Below are positions 8,951 to 17,436 of a DNA stretch of 50,632 bases, piece after piece. The DNA comes from Corallococcus sp. BB11-1. Its GTDB lineage: Bacteria > Myxococcota > Myxococcia > Myxococcales > Myxococcaceae. The first letter of the stretch is position 1; each line of letters opens with the position of its first letter. The notes below the pieces were generated by a model. It had not been told where the DNA came from. It saw only the letters and a program-made list of their open reading frames with translations, and did not search any database. The stretch is from contig NZ_JAPNJY010000032.1 in assembly GCF_026626625.1 (NCBI RefSeq), forward strand, positions 138,976 through 189,607, in the 5' to 3' direction. The translations under genes and the position numbers were made by a program.

Positions 8951-10081
8951 TCAGGGAAGCTGTGCGACCTGGCGGTACAGGGCGTCATGCTGACGCACCA
9001 TCTTCTCCAGGGACAGCTCGCGGGCGACGAAGCCCCGGGCGGCCTTGCCCATCTTCCGGGCCTCCTCCGGGTGGTTCACGAGCCGCCGGAAGGCCTGGGC
9101 CAGCTGGGCGGGCCGCTCCGGGTCCACCAGGAGGCCCCGCTCGCCGTCCACGATGAGGTCCGGGTTGCCGCCCACCCGGGTGACGACCATGGGGAGGCCC
9201 GCGGCCATGCCCTCCATCACCGCGTTGGACATGCCCTCCGCGGAGGAGCACAGGACGCCGAAGGTGGCCCGGCCATAGAGCGCCGGCACGTCCGTGCGGT
9301 GCTTGAGGAAGTGCACCCCGTCCGCCACCCCCAGCTCCCGCGCCATCTTCTCCAGGCCGGACCGGCGCGGACCATCCCCCACGAGCCAGGCGTTCAGCCG
9401 GACGCCCTCATGACGCAGCATGGCGAGCGCGAGGAGCAGGTCTTCCTGCCGCTTCACGGGGTGGCTCATGTTGGCCACGTGGATGACGGTGGGGACGCCC
9501 GGGGTCTCCGGCGGCAGCGGCGCCTTGACGCCCTCCGCGGCGCGGGCGTCGAAGCGGGCCAGGTCCAGGCCGTTGTGGATGACGGAGATGCGCTCCGCGG
9601 GCAGGCCCTCCTCTTCCATGAGCAGGGTGCGGATGGCCCCCGCGTTGGCGATGACGTGGTCCGCCATGCGCGTCACCTGCGCGTGCAGCAGGCGGCGGGC
9701 CTTGCCCTGCCAGTGGGACAGGTCCAGGCGCCCGATGATGACCTTCGCGCCGGCGAGCTTCGCGGCCGGCACCGCGAGGATGCTGGAGTAGAAGTCGTGC
9801 ACGTGCACCAGCTGCACGCGGTGCTGCTTGAGCCAGCGTGACAGCCGGTAGAGCTGCACGAGCGTGTTCGGCTGCGCGAGCGTGCCCTTGAGGGAGAAGA
9901 CCTCCGGCGCGTGGCCCAGCTTCCACACCGAGCCCATCAGGGGCCCTTCCTCCTCCAGCACCGACACCTGCAACCGGTAGCTGGGCGGCAGGCCGCGCAG
10001 CAACTCCAGCACCTGCACTTCGGTGCCACCAATGTGGAACGACCGGGTGAACTGCACCAAACGGAGGGGCTCCCGCCCCAT
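8951..10081 (-). CDS. Family 4 glycosyltransferase (GT4)
   Basis: Motifs EGMSNAVMEGMAAGLPMVVTRVGG and HFLKHRTDVPALY. ATG at 10081 is preceded by a gaggaag RBS. It lies 10 nt after the stop of the upstream Wzy-like gene. Confidence 0.8.
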   Translation of the reverse strand: MGREPLRLVQFTRSFHIGGTEVQVLELLRGLPPSYRLQVSVLEEEGPLMGSVWKLGHAPEVFSLKGTLAQPNTLVQLYRLSRWLKQHRVQLVHVHDFYSSILAVPAAKLAGAKVIIGRLDLSHWQGKARRLLHAQVTRMADHVIANAGAIRTLLMEEEGLPAERISVIHNGLDLARFDARAAEGVKAPLPPETPGVPTVIHVANMSHPVKRQEDLLLALAMLRHEGVRLNAWLVGDGPRRSGLEKMARELGVADGVHFLKHRTDVPALYGRATFGVLCSSAEGMSNAVMEGMAAGLPMVVTRVGGNPDLIVDGERGLLVDPERPAQLAQAFRRLVNHPEEARKMGKAARGFVARELSLEKMVRQHDALYRQVAQLP

Positions 10082-10091
10082 CCGTGCTTCC

Positions 10092-11375
10092 TCACGCCGC
10101 ATGCCCAGACCCCTCCCACGTGGCCGCCGGCGCCTGCTGCACGGCCGGCTGCCTCCCCACCGCCAGGGCCCGCTCCCGTGCCTGCGCGATGCGGTGCGCG
10201 CTCGCGGCCAGGCCGAAGAGCACGTAGCAATGCGCGGACAGGATGTAGCCCGAGAACAAGTCACAGACGAGGTAGCCCGCCACCGACGCGAACAGCGCCC
10301 GCGCGAGCCACCCTGACTCTGGATCCGCGGAGGCCGCCGCCGCGCCGCCGACGGAGCCCCCCACGAACACCAGGAAGAACAGCAGGCCCACCCAGCCCAT
10401 CTCCCCGATGACGTCCAGGAAGATGTTGTGCGCCACGTAGGCGCGGTGCGCTTCCGGCGGGGCGTATTCGAACCACGCGTAGCGGAAGCCGCCCGCGCCC
10501 ACGCCCAGCAGCGGCTTGTCCAGGCTCATGCGGCTGGCCACCTGCCACGCGTACACACGGCCCATGGCGGACGCGTCCTCGTGGAACGTCGCCACCGTCT
10601 CGTTGCGCTGCCAGAAGCTCTTGGGCGCGAACACCACCAGGCCCAGCACGAACACGCTGCCCAGCACGATGGCCTGCATGCGGCGCTTCTCGCGGATGGC
10701 CCACAGCGCCATCGCCACCGACAGGCCGATGAAGCCACCGCGCGAGTGCGACAACACGATGGCCACCACCGACAGCACCGCGGACAGGCCGCACAGCACG
10801 CGGAAGAACCACGGGGTGCGCTTGCGCGCCAGGAAGGCCACCGCGAGCGGCACCACCACCACCATGTTCATGGCCATGTGGTTGGGGTCCGCGTACACGC
10901 CGACCCAGCGCGAACGGAAGCCCTCCACCATGTTCTCGCCGACGATGTACCAGTTGATGACGCCAATGGACGTCACGATGGCGCCCAGCACCATGGCCGC
11001 GCACATCGCCGCCAGCCGCTTGCCGGTGGTGATGACGTTGACGAGCGTCAGGTAGATGGCCGTGAGCTTCAAGAGCTCCACGCCCTGGAAGCGCGTCACG
11101 TCCGGGTTGACGGACCACGCCACCGAGCAGAACGCCAGCGACGAGAACGCCAGCAGCGCGATGCCCCGCGCGCCGTCGAAATAGACGGGCTCCGCCTTGC
11201 CCAGCCGCCGCAGCACCATCAGTCCGGCCGCCAGGCCCGACGTCAGGAGCGCCAGCCGCAGCGGCGCCAGCGCGGGGATCCACTCACCCGGCACCGCGTA
11301 CATCACCGCCGCGAACCCCACGAGCAGGAAGAAAGCCAGCACGTCGCGACGCTGCCCCTGCGCGCCCGGTCCCAT
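10092..11375 (-). CDS. O-antigen ligase-like (Wzy_C family) polytopic membrane protein
   Basis: About 10 predicted TM helices. Wzy_C signature region (HSRGGFIGLSVAMALWA ... GVGAGGFRYAW ... AHNIFLDVIGEMG). ATG at 11375. The ORF's upstream extension starts at a GTG at 11456. Confidence 0.7.
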   Translation of the reverse strand: MGPGAQGQRRDVLAFFLLVGFAAVMYAVPGEWIPALAPLRLALLTSGLAAGLMVLRRLGKAEPVYFDGARGIALLAFSSLAFCSVAWSVNPDVTRFQGVELLKLTAIYLTLVNVITTGKRLAAMCAAMVLGAIVTSIGVINWYIVGENMVEGFRSRWVGVYADPNHMAMNMVVVVPLAVAFLARKRTPWFFRVLCGLSAVLSVVAIVLSHSRGGFIGLSVAMALWAIREKRRMQAIVLGSVFVLGLVVFAPKSFWQRNETVATFHEDASAMGRVYAWQVASRMSLDKPLLGVGAGGFRYAWFEYAPPEAHRAYVAHNIFLDVIGEMGWVGLLFFLVFVGGSVGGAAAASADPESGWLARALFASVAGYLVCDLFSGYILSAHCYVLFGLAASAHRIAQARERALAVGRQPAVQQAPAATWEGSGHAA

Positions 11376-11621
11376 GAACTCCACCCCTTCGCTGTCGGTC
11401 GCTCGTCCCGTCACACGCGTGCCCCTGGCCCTCTTGGAAAGCCGTTGGCCGGCCACTCACGCCGCGGGCAGCTCGCGAAGGTGCGAGCCGACCGACGACA
11501 CAAGGCCAGCGGGCGGTGGGCAAAGCAGCGGGCGTGCCAGGGGCTGGGGGCGAGCGAGGCCTGTGTCTACGGGCAGTTGCGTGATCGCCCCCGACCGGCG
11601 GGCCGGGCAAGGCTGAAAAAG

Positions 11622-13283
11622 CTACGGGACCGGCGCGCTCTCCATCGGAAGGACCGCGGAGGCGATGAGGTCCAGGCGCCCCTCGCGCAGCCACGGCGTG
11701 CCCAGCTCCGACAGCAGCCGCGTCAGCGTGACGTTCACCACCCGACGCAGCTCCTCCCGGGCGTCGTCCGGCACCGCGGGCCCCAGCACCGCCAGCGCGC
11801 GCTCCACCGCGCTCGGGCGCAGGCGCGGGGACTCCGGGCTGCCTTCGAACAGGCGCTGCCCCAGCTCCACCGTGCGGCCCAGCGGCACGGGGCGCACGTC
11901 CACGCGCTCCTCCAGGACGGCCATGGCCACCACCGCCGCCCACAGCCGCTCCACGCCCAGCACGTCCAGGGACACGCCGAAGCGCGCCAGCACGGTGTGG
12001 GCCGGGCCCTCCGCGCCGCCCAGCAGCGCGCCCAGCGCGGACACCTGGCCTTCGGCGCGCGCCAGCAGCACCTCCGACGAGGCCACCTCCCGCAGCGAGC
12101 GGAACGGCACCGCCTCCGCGCCCGGCACGCGCAGCGCGCGGCGGGGGCGCTTGCGGCGCAGGGCCTCCAGCGCCGCGGCCTCTTCGGGCAGCACCAGCGG
12201 CACGTCATCCAGCTTCATGAACTCCTGCTTGAAGAGCCGGTCCGCGCGGTACTTGAGCTGGAGCGTCAGCGTGAAGCCCACCTGGAAGACGCGGCGCAGG
12301 GGCGTGTCGCGCAGCGCATCCGGCGCCCGGGCCGGGTCCCCGCCCGTCAGGTGCTCCAGGCCCAGCGACAGGTAGTCGCGCACCCATTCGCCCACGCGGC
12401 GCACGGCGTCCAGGTCCCCCGGGTCCCCCAGCTCCGCGACGAGCACCGCGTTGGCCACCTCGCGCAGCTCGTCCTCCGCGTTCATCCGCTCCACGTCGGA
12501 CAAGTCGCGGAAGGCCGCCTCCACGTAGTCCAGGTGCCCGCCCGTGGTGGTGAGCGCCGGGGCCGCGTGGCCCGCGGGCCGGGGCGGCACGTCCACGCGG
12601 CTGAAGAGCGCCAGGGCGTCCTCCAGCGAGGGGAAGCCCAGGTCGGCCAGGCGCGCGCGGCGGAACTGGAACGCCGTCTCCTCCAGCTCGGAGGGGATCT
12701 CCCAGCGCACCGCTTCAAAGAGGCGCACCGACTCGAAGGGGTTCTCCGCGATGAGGTCGTTCACGATGGCGCGCATGGCGGACATCTCCACGCCCTCCAG
12801 CTTGATTTCGACCAGGTAGCGGCCCTCCGGCGTCTCCACCGCCATGCCCTGGGGGTTGGCGTCCGGGTCCTCCTCCAGGTCGTACACGGTGGTGAACTCC
12901 TTGAGGAGCGTCTCCACCACCTCCAGGTCCACCGCGTGCAGCTTGCGCATGAAGTCTTCGGGTTCGTCCCCGCGCGCGGCCCGCAGCCACGTCAGCACCG
13001 CGTGGGGATCCACCTTGTCCTTCACCCACCCGCCCAGGTCCACGAAGGTGCGGAACTGCGCGGGGGACGCCAGTTGCACCAGCTCCGTGGAGTCCGCGAG
13101 GCCGACTTCCTGGATGGTGACGTACAGGTCCTCCGCGGGCAGCGAGCGCACCAGCGCGGCCGTGTCCTGCGCGTCGAAGAGGGCCTCCACGCGCCTGCGG
13201 GGGCTCAGCTGCATCAACCGCTGACGCACCTCGCGAGGAGCGAGGGGCGCAGCACCACCGTTCGTCTTGCCGTTCTGGGACAC
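11622..13283 (-). CDS. Conserved hypothetical protein (553 aa, soluble, acidic); possibly a myxobacterial DUF-type protein
   Basis: Long ORF with high GC3, co-directional with and just upstream of the Wzy_C/GT4 pair. No recognisable catalytic motifs. GTG at 13283; alternative ATG at 13214. Confidence 0.55.
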   Translation of the reverse strand: MSQNGKTNGGAAPLAPREVRQRLMQLSPRRRVEALFDAQDTAALVRSLPAEDLYVTIQEVGLADSTELVQLASPAQFRTFVDLGGWVKDKVDPHAVLTWLRAARGDEPEDFMRKLHAVDLEVVETLLKEFTTVYDLEEDPDANPQGMAVETPEGRYLVEIKLEGVEMSAMRAIVNDLIAENPFESVRLFEAVRWEIPSELEETAFQFRRARLADLGFPSLEDALALFSRVDVPPRPAGHAAPALTTTGGHLDYVEAAFRDLSDVERMNAEDELREVANAVLVAELGDPGDLDAVRRVGEWVRDYLSLGLEHLTGGDPARAPDALRDTPLRRVFQVGFTLTLQLKYRADRLFKQEFMKLDDVPLVLPEEAAALEALRRKRPRRALRVPGAEAVPFRSLREVASSEVLLARAEGQVSALGALLGGAEGPAHTVLARFGVSLDVLGVERLWAAVVAMAVLEERVDVRPVPLGRTVELGQRLFEGSPESPRLRPSAVERALAVLGPAVPDDAREELRRVVNVTLTRLLSELGTPWLREGRLDLIASAVLPMESAPVP

Positions 13284-13322
13284 GCCGGGGGTGCTACCAC
13301 AGCGTGCCCGGACCCGGGAGAC

Positions 13323-13943
13323 TCAGACGCGGGTGGCCTTGCCGAAGGTGTCCAGCAGCGTGCCCCACACCTCCTCCACGCCCAGCTTTTCGGTGGAGGA
13401 GAACGGAACCAGCGCCTCGCGGGGCAGCTCCAGCTGCGCGCAGAGGGCGTTGAGCCGGGGCTTGCGCTGGGCCTTGGTCAGCCGGTCGATCTTCGTGGCC
13501 ACCACGAGGATGCGGCGGTTGTGCTCCTGGAGATAGTCGAGCGTGCGCAGGTCCTCCGGAGACGGCCCCACCTCCGCGTCGATGATGCTCACCACCACCT
13601 CCAGCCGGTGACGGTGCTTCAGGTAGGAGGTGATCATCTCCTGCCACTGGGCCTTGTCCGTCTTGCTCGCCTTGGCGAAGCCGTAGCCGGGCAGGTCCGC
13701 CAGCCGCACCGTGTGGCGCTGGCCGTCGCGGTCCAGGTCCACGTCGAAGAAGTTGAGCGTGCGGGTGCGCCCGGGCGTGTTGGACACGCGCACCAGCTTC
13801 CGCCGGTTCGTCAGGGCGTTGATCATGGACGACTTGCCCACGTTGGAGCGGCCGACGAAGGCGACCTCCGCGGCGTGGTCCGTGGGCAGGCCCTTGAGTT
13901 CCACGGCGGTGGTGACGAAGCGGGAGTCGAGGATCTTGATCAA
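13323..13943 (-). CDS. engB: Ribosome-biogenesis GTP-binding protein EngB/YihA
   Basis: G1 motif GRSNVGKSS. G3 motif DLPGYG. G4 motif TKID. The start is a TTG at 13943; there is no in-frame ATG upstream, and it lies only 7 nt from the upstream cytochrome gene's stop. Confidence 0.85.
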   Translation of the reverse strand: MIKILDSRFVTTAVELKGLPTDHAAEVAFVGRSNVGKSSMINALTNRRKLVRVSNTPGRTRTLNFFDVDLDRDGQRHTVRLADLPGYGFAKASKTDKAQWQEMITSYLKHRHRLEVVVSIIDAEVGPSPEDLRTLDYLQEHNRRILVVATKIDRLTKAQRKPRLNALCAQLELPREALVPFSSTEKLGVEEVWGTLLDTFGKATRV

Positions 13944-13950
13944 GAAGGGG

Positions 13951-14463
13951 TCACTTCTTCGCCGTGGCGGGTGCCGGCGTGGAGGGGGCCGCGTCCGCGC
14001 GCGGCTGCTGCTTGCGGGCGCGTTCGGCGGACCAGTGGTCGATGGCCTTCAGCGCTTCCTTGAAGTCGAACGGGCGCAGGGAGGGAGACGAGGCGTCATG
14101 GCAGGTGCGGCACTGCTTCTCCGACGGGTCCACCAGCCCCACCAGCCGCGCCAGCTCCGGGTCCTTCATCACGTAGGACGGGGAGTAGTACTGCCCGCCG
14201 CCGTGGCACGTCTCGCAGGTGACGCCGGTGAGCGTCTGCTCGCCCTGGTCCGGCGCGTGGCAGGACAGGCAGCGCGCGTCCTTCTTCTGCCCCTCCGCCA
14301 GCGTGTCCGTGGCCCGGGCGTGCTTGGACTTCATCCACGCGTCGTACGCCTCCGGGTGACACCCCTTGCAGCTGTCGGGACCCGTGAAGTCCGCAGCCCC
14401 GGCAAGACCGCTCGAAGCGGCGAGCAGGAGGGCGGAAAAGACCCGGAAGGCACGAGAACGCAT
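13951..14463 (-). CDS. Periplasmic tetrahaem c-type cytochrome
   Basis: Signal peptide (MRSRAFRVFSALLLAASSGLAGAA). Four CxxCH motifs (CKGCH, CLSCH, CETCH, CRTCH) in ~170 aa. ATG at 14463. Confidence 0.75.
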   Translation of the reverse strand: MRSRAFRVFSALLLAASSGLAGAADFTGPDSCKGCHPEAYDAWMKSKHARATDTLAEGQKKDARCLSCHAPDQGEQTLTGVTCETCHGGGQYYSPSYVMKDPELARLVGLVDPSEKQCRTCHDASSPSLRPFDFKEALKAIDHWSAERARKQQPRADAAPSTPAPATAKK

Positions 14464-14598
14464 GGCCCGAGCACGTAGCAGAGCCCCCCGGAGGGGGCAA
14501 GGCGTCTCGTTCGTGATTGAATGCCGGGTGGACACGCCCGTCGCTTCAGGACACGGACCTTGAGGCGCGGCCGCCTGATCCGCTAGGGAGGAGTCGAG

Positions 14599-15081
14599 AT
14601 GCGCACCCCCGTCATTGCCGTCCTTTTCGCCGTCGCCGCCATCGCCGTCTCCCTGCCTGCTTCCGCCAAGCCCTGGCAGGGCATCGAGCCCGGGTCCTCC
14701 AAGAAGGAGGACATCGTGAAGAAGTTCGGCGAGCCGTCCCGGACCATGTCCCAGGACGGCAAGGAGATCCTCGCCTACTTCGCCAAGGAGGCCATCAAGG
14801 GCACCACCCAGGCCCAGTTCAAGGTGGACCCGGCCACCCAGATGGTGGAGCGCATCGACGTGTTCCCCGCGCCCGTCATCGAGAAGGACACCATCGAGAA
14901 CAGCTACGGCCCCGCGTGCCCCGGGGGGGCGGCGCCCAGCACGCCCTGCTACCTGCGCAAGCTGACGGACGACTTCCGCACCTACTTCCTCTACGTGAAG
15001 CTGGGCGTGGCCATCTTCTTCAACGAGGACGGCAAGACGGTGCAGTCCTTCGTCTTCACCACGCCCAAGGCCGCGAAGTAG
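14599..15081 (+). CDS. Secreted hypothetical protein (160 aa, signal peptide)
   Basis: gggaggag RBS before the ATG at 14599. Signal peptide with cleavage-like site (ASAKPW). No family recognised. Confidence 0.55.
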   Translation: MRTPVIAVLFAVAAIAVSLPASAKPWQGIEPGSSKKEDIVKKFGEPSRTMSQDGKEILAYFAKEAIKGTTQAQFKVDPATQMVERIDVFPAPVIEKDTIENSYGPACPGGAAPSTPCYLRKLTDDFRTYFLYVKLGVAIFFNEDGKTVQSFVFTTPKAAK

Positions 15082-15089
15082 CCCGCCCC

Positions 15090-15686
15090 GTGCACGTCTT
15101 CGGGCTGACGGGGGGCATCGCCTCAGGCAAGAGCACGGTGAGCCGCATGCTGCGCGAGCTGGGGGCGCGCGTGCTGGACGCGGACGTCATCGCCCGCGAG
15201 GTGGTGGAGCCCGGCACGCCCGGCCTCCAGCGCATCCGCGAGCGCTTCCCCGGCGTGGTGGGCCCCGACGGCCGCCTGGACCGGGTGAGGCTGGGCGCCC
15301 ACATCTTCGCGGACCCCCAGGAGCGCGCCGCCCTCAACGCCATCGTGCACCCCCAGGTGCGCGCCGCCTTCCTGGAGAAGCTCCAGGCGCTGGAGGCGGA
15401 GGGCCTCACCCACGTCGTGTACGACGTGCCGCTCCTCATCGAGACGGGCCTGCACGCCGCCATGGAGGGCGTGGCCGTGGTGTGGGTGCCCCGGGACGTG
15501 CAGAAGGCGCGGCTGATGGCGCGCGACGGGCTGGACGCCGACGCGGCGGAGGCGCGGCTCGCCGCGCAGATGGCCCTGGACGACAAGCGCGCGCACGCCA
15601 CCTGGGTCATCGACAACAGTGGCGCGCCGGAGTCCACCCGTCCCCAGGTGGAGGCGGTGTGGCGGGCGATGCTCGCGCACGGCTGA
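15090..15686 (+). CDS. coaE: Dephospho-CoA kinase
   Basis: P-loop GLTGGIASGKST directly after a GTG start at 15090, which is the only start that keeps the P-loop. The length fits CoaE. Confidence 0.8.
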   Translation: MHVFGLTGGIASGKSTVSRMLRELGARVLDADVIAREVVEPGTPGLQRIRERFPGVVGPDGRLDRVRLGAHIFADPQERAALNAIVHPQVRAAFLEKLQALEAEGLTHVVYDVPLLIETGLHAAMEGVAVVWVPRDVQKARLMARDGLDADAAEARLAAQMALDDKRAHATWVIDNSGAPESTRPQVEAVWRAMLAHG

Positions 15687-15712
15687 CACCGGGCGGGTAT
15701 GCTGCGCCGCGA

Positions 15713-16876
15713 ATGAGCGCCACGCCCAGGAAGAGTCCCGCAGGCACCTACTTCATCACCGGCTACCCGGGCTTCATCGGCAAGCGGCTGGTGGAGCACA
15801 TCGCGAAGGAGGACCCCCAGGGGCACATCTACGCGCTGGTGCAGCCCAAGGCCTTCAAGGAGGCCCAGGCCCTGGCGGCGAAGGTGCAGGGCGCCAAGGT
15901 GGAGCTGCTCACCGGCGACGCGGTGGACATGCACCTGGGCCTGTCCGGCGAGGAGTACCAGCGCCTGTGCGAGCGGGTGACGGACATCTTCCACCTGGCG
16001 GCGGTGGCGCAGCTGGGCGTGCCCAAGGAGACCGCGTGGCGGGTGAACGTGGACGGCACCCGCAACCTGCTGGAGCTGGCGCGCGACTGCGAGAACCTGT
16101 CGCGCTTCAGCCACTTCTCCACCTGCTACGTGTCCGGCGACCGGGTGGGCGTCATCGCCGAGGACGAGCTGGACCGGGGCCAGTCCTTCCGCAACGCCTA
16201 CGAGGAGACGAAGTTCCAGGCGGAGCGGCTGGTGCAGCGCGCCTCCGCCACCCTCCCCGTCACCATCTTCCGCCCCTCCAGCGTGGTGGGCGATTCACGC
16301 ACGGGGGCGATCGATCGCTTCGAGGGCCCCTACTACCTGGGCATCCTGCTCGTCACGTCGCCGCTGGTGGTGCCGCTGCCGCTGCCGGGCAACGGCGTGG
16401 CGCCCCTCAACGTCGTGCCGGTGGACTTCGTGGTGGAGGCGGTGTGGCGGCTGTCGCGGGATGAGCGCGCGAAGGGCCGCACCTTCCACCTGGTGGACCC
16501 CAACCCCATGAGCGCCCGGCGCGTGTACGAGCTCATCGCGGAGAAGTCCCACAAGAAGCTGCCGCGCTTCAACCTGTCCGCGCGCGCCGCGGACGTGATG
16601 CTGCGGCTGCCGCTGCTGGAGAAGCTGGCCCGGCCCCAGCGCGCGGCCATCAGCTACGTGAACCACCTGGCCATCTACAACTGCCACAACACGCTGGAGC
16701 TGCTGGATGGCACCGGCGTGCGGTGTCCGCCGCTGTCCACGTACCTGGATCAGCTCGTGGCCTACGTGCGCGAACAGTACAAGCAGCGGCGGGAGGGCGC
16801 GGAGGTGGAGGATCCGCTCGACCACGCGCCCCCGCCTCCGCAGGACGAGGGCGCCGCGCCCCGCACGCGCCGCTGA
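15713..16876 (+). CDS. NAD(P)-dependent SDR-family reductase/epimerase (thioester-reductase-like)
   Basis: N-terminal Rossmann YFITGYPGFIGKRL. Catalytic YxxxK region (YEETK). Typical extended-SDR / fatty-acyl reductase domain. ATG at 15713. Confidence 0.75.
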   Translation: MSATPRKSPAGTYFITGYPGFIGKRLVEHIAKEDPQGHIYALVQPKAFKEAQALAAKVQGAKVELLTGDAVDMHLGLSGEEYQRLCERVTDIFHLAAVAQLGVPKETAWRVNVDGTRNLLELARDCENLSRFSHFSTCYVSGDRVGVIAEDELDRGQSFRNAYEETKFQAERLVQRASATLPVTIFRPSSVVGDSRTGAIDRFEGPYYLGILLVTSPLVVPLPLPGNGVAPLNVVPVDFVVEAVWRLSRDERAKGRTFHLVDPNPMSARRVYELIAEKSHKKLPRFNLSARAADVMLRLPLLEKLARPQRAAISYVNHLAIYNCHNTLELLDGTGVRCPPLSTYLDQLVAYVREQYKQRREGAEVEDPLDHAPPPPQDEGAAPRTRR

Positions 16877-17436
16877 GCAGCGTTGCACGCGGGAAGCAAG
16901 GGGCGGCGCGGCGCGGCCCCTCCGCCCGCGCTCACCCGGCTGCTGGGCGACTTCCTCCTCGGGCACGGCTTATTCCAGACTGACAATTGTTACTGGATTG
17001 CTAACGCAAGGATGTTGGGGACCCCCTCTTTTCAACGATCCAGTGTCCTGGTTAGCATGCGCTCCCACTTGAATCCGATCCGGTGAAGACAACCGCGTTC
17101 GGAACGGTGGGTTGGAGAGCGGCTTTTGCCAGGAATTGTTGACACGGAATTCGCATCAGCCACCCCTGACGTGGGTGTGGCGTTCCGCCTGTCCGGCTCC
17201 GAGGAGCGCTTCGCGCCCTCCGCGCGCGCCCCCTCTCCCCTGACTTCCTCCACCGCGTCCCGCTGTCGCCTCCATGCGACCCCGGGCGTTGGGATGCGTT
17301 CTCAATTGGGCTGTCCACCCGCGGTCCTCCAGCCGTAGCCGTAGGGGAGCCGCCGCCCCCGGCGCGCTCCCGCAACCGTCGTCGTCTCTCGCAGTCCCCT
17401 CGTCCGGCAGTTCATTACCCCCAAGAAGGAAGGCGC

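Noticed and set aside
10428-14063. 1211-aa plus-strand ORF across the ligase, 553-aa hypothetical and engB region
   Set aside because: It is antisense to three genes with clear family signatures (Wzy_C, EngB G-motifs). Its composition is dominated by Arg/His/Gln, typical of GC-rich antisense frames.
17085-17102. Possible sigma54 -24/-12 element (TGG...TTTGC) upstream of the protease
   Set aside because: The GG-to-GC spacing is about 14 nt instead of the required ~10. It was not called.
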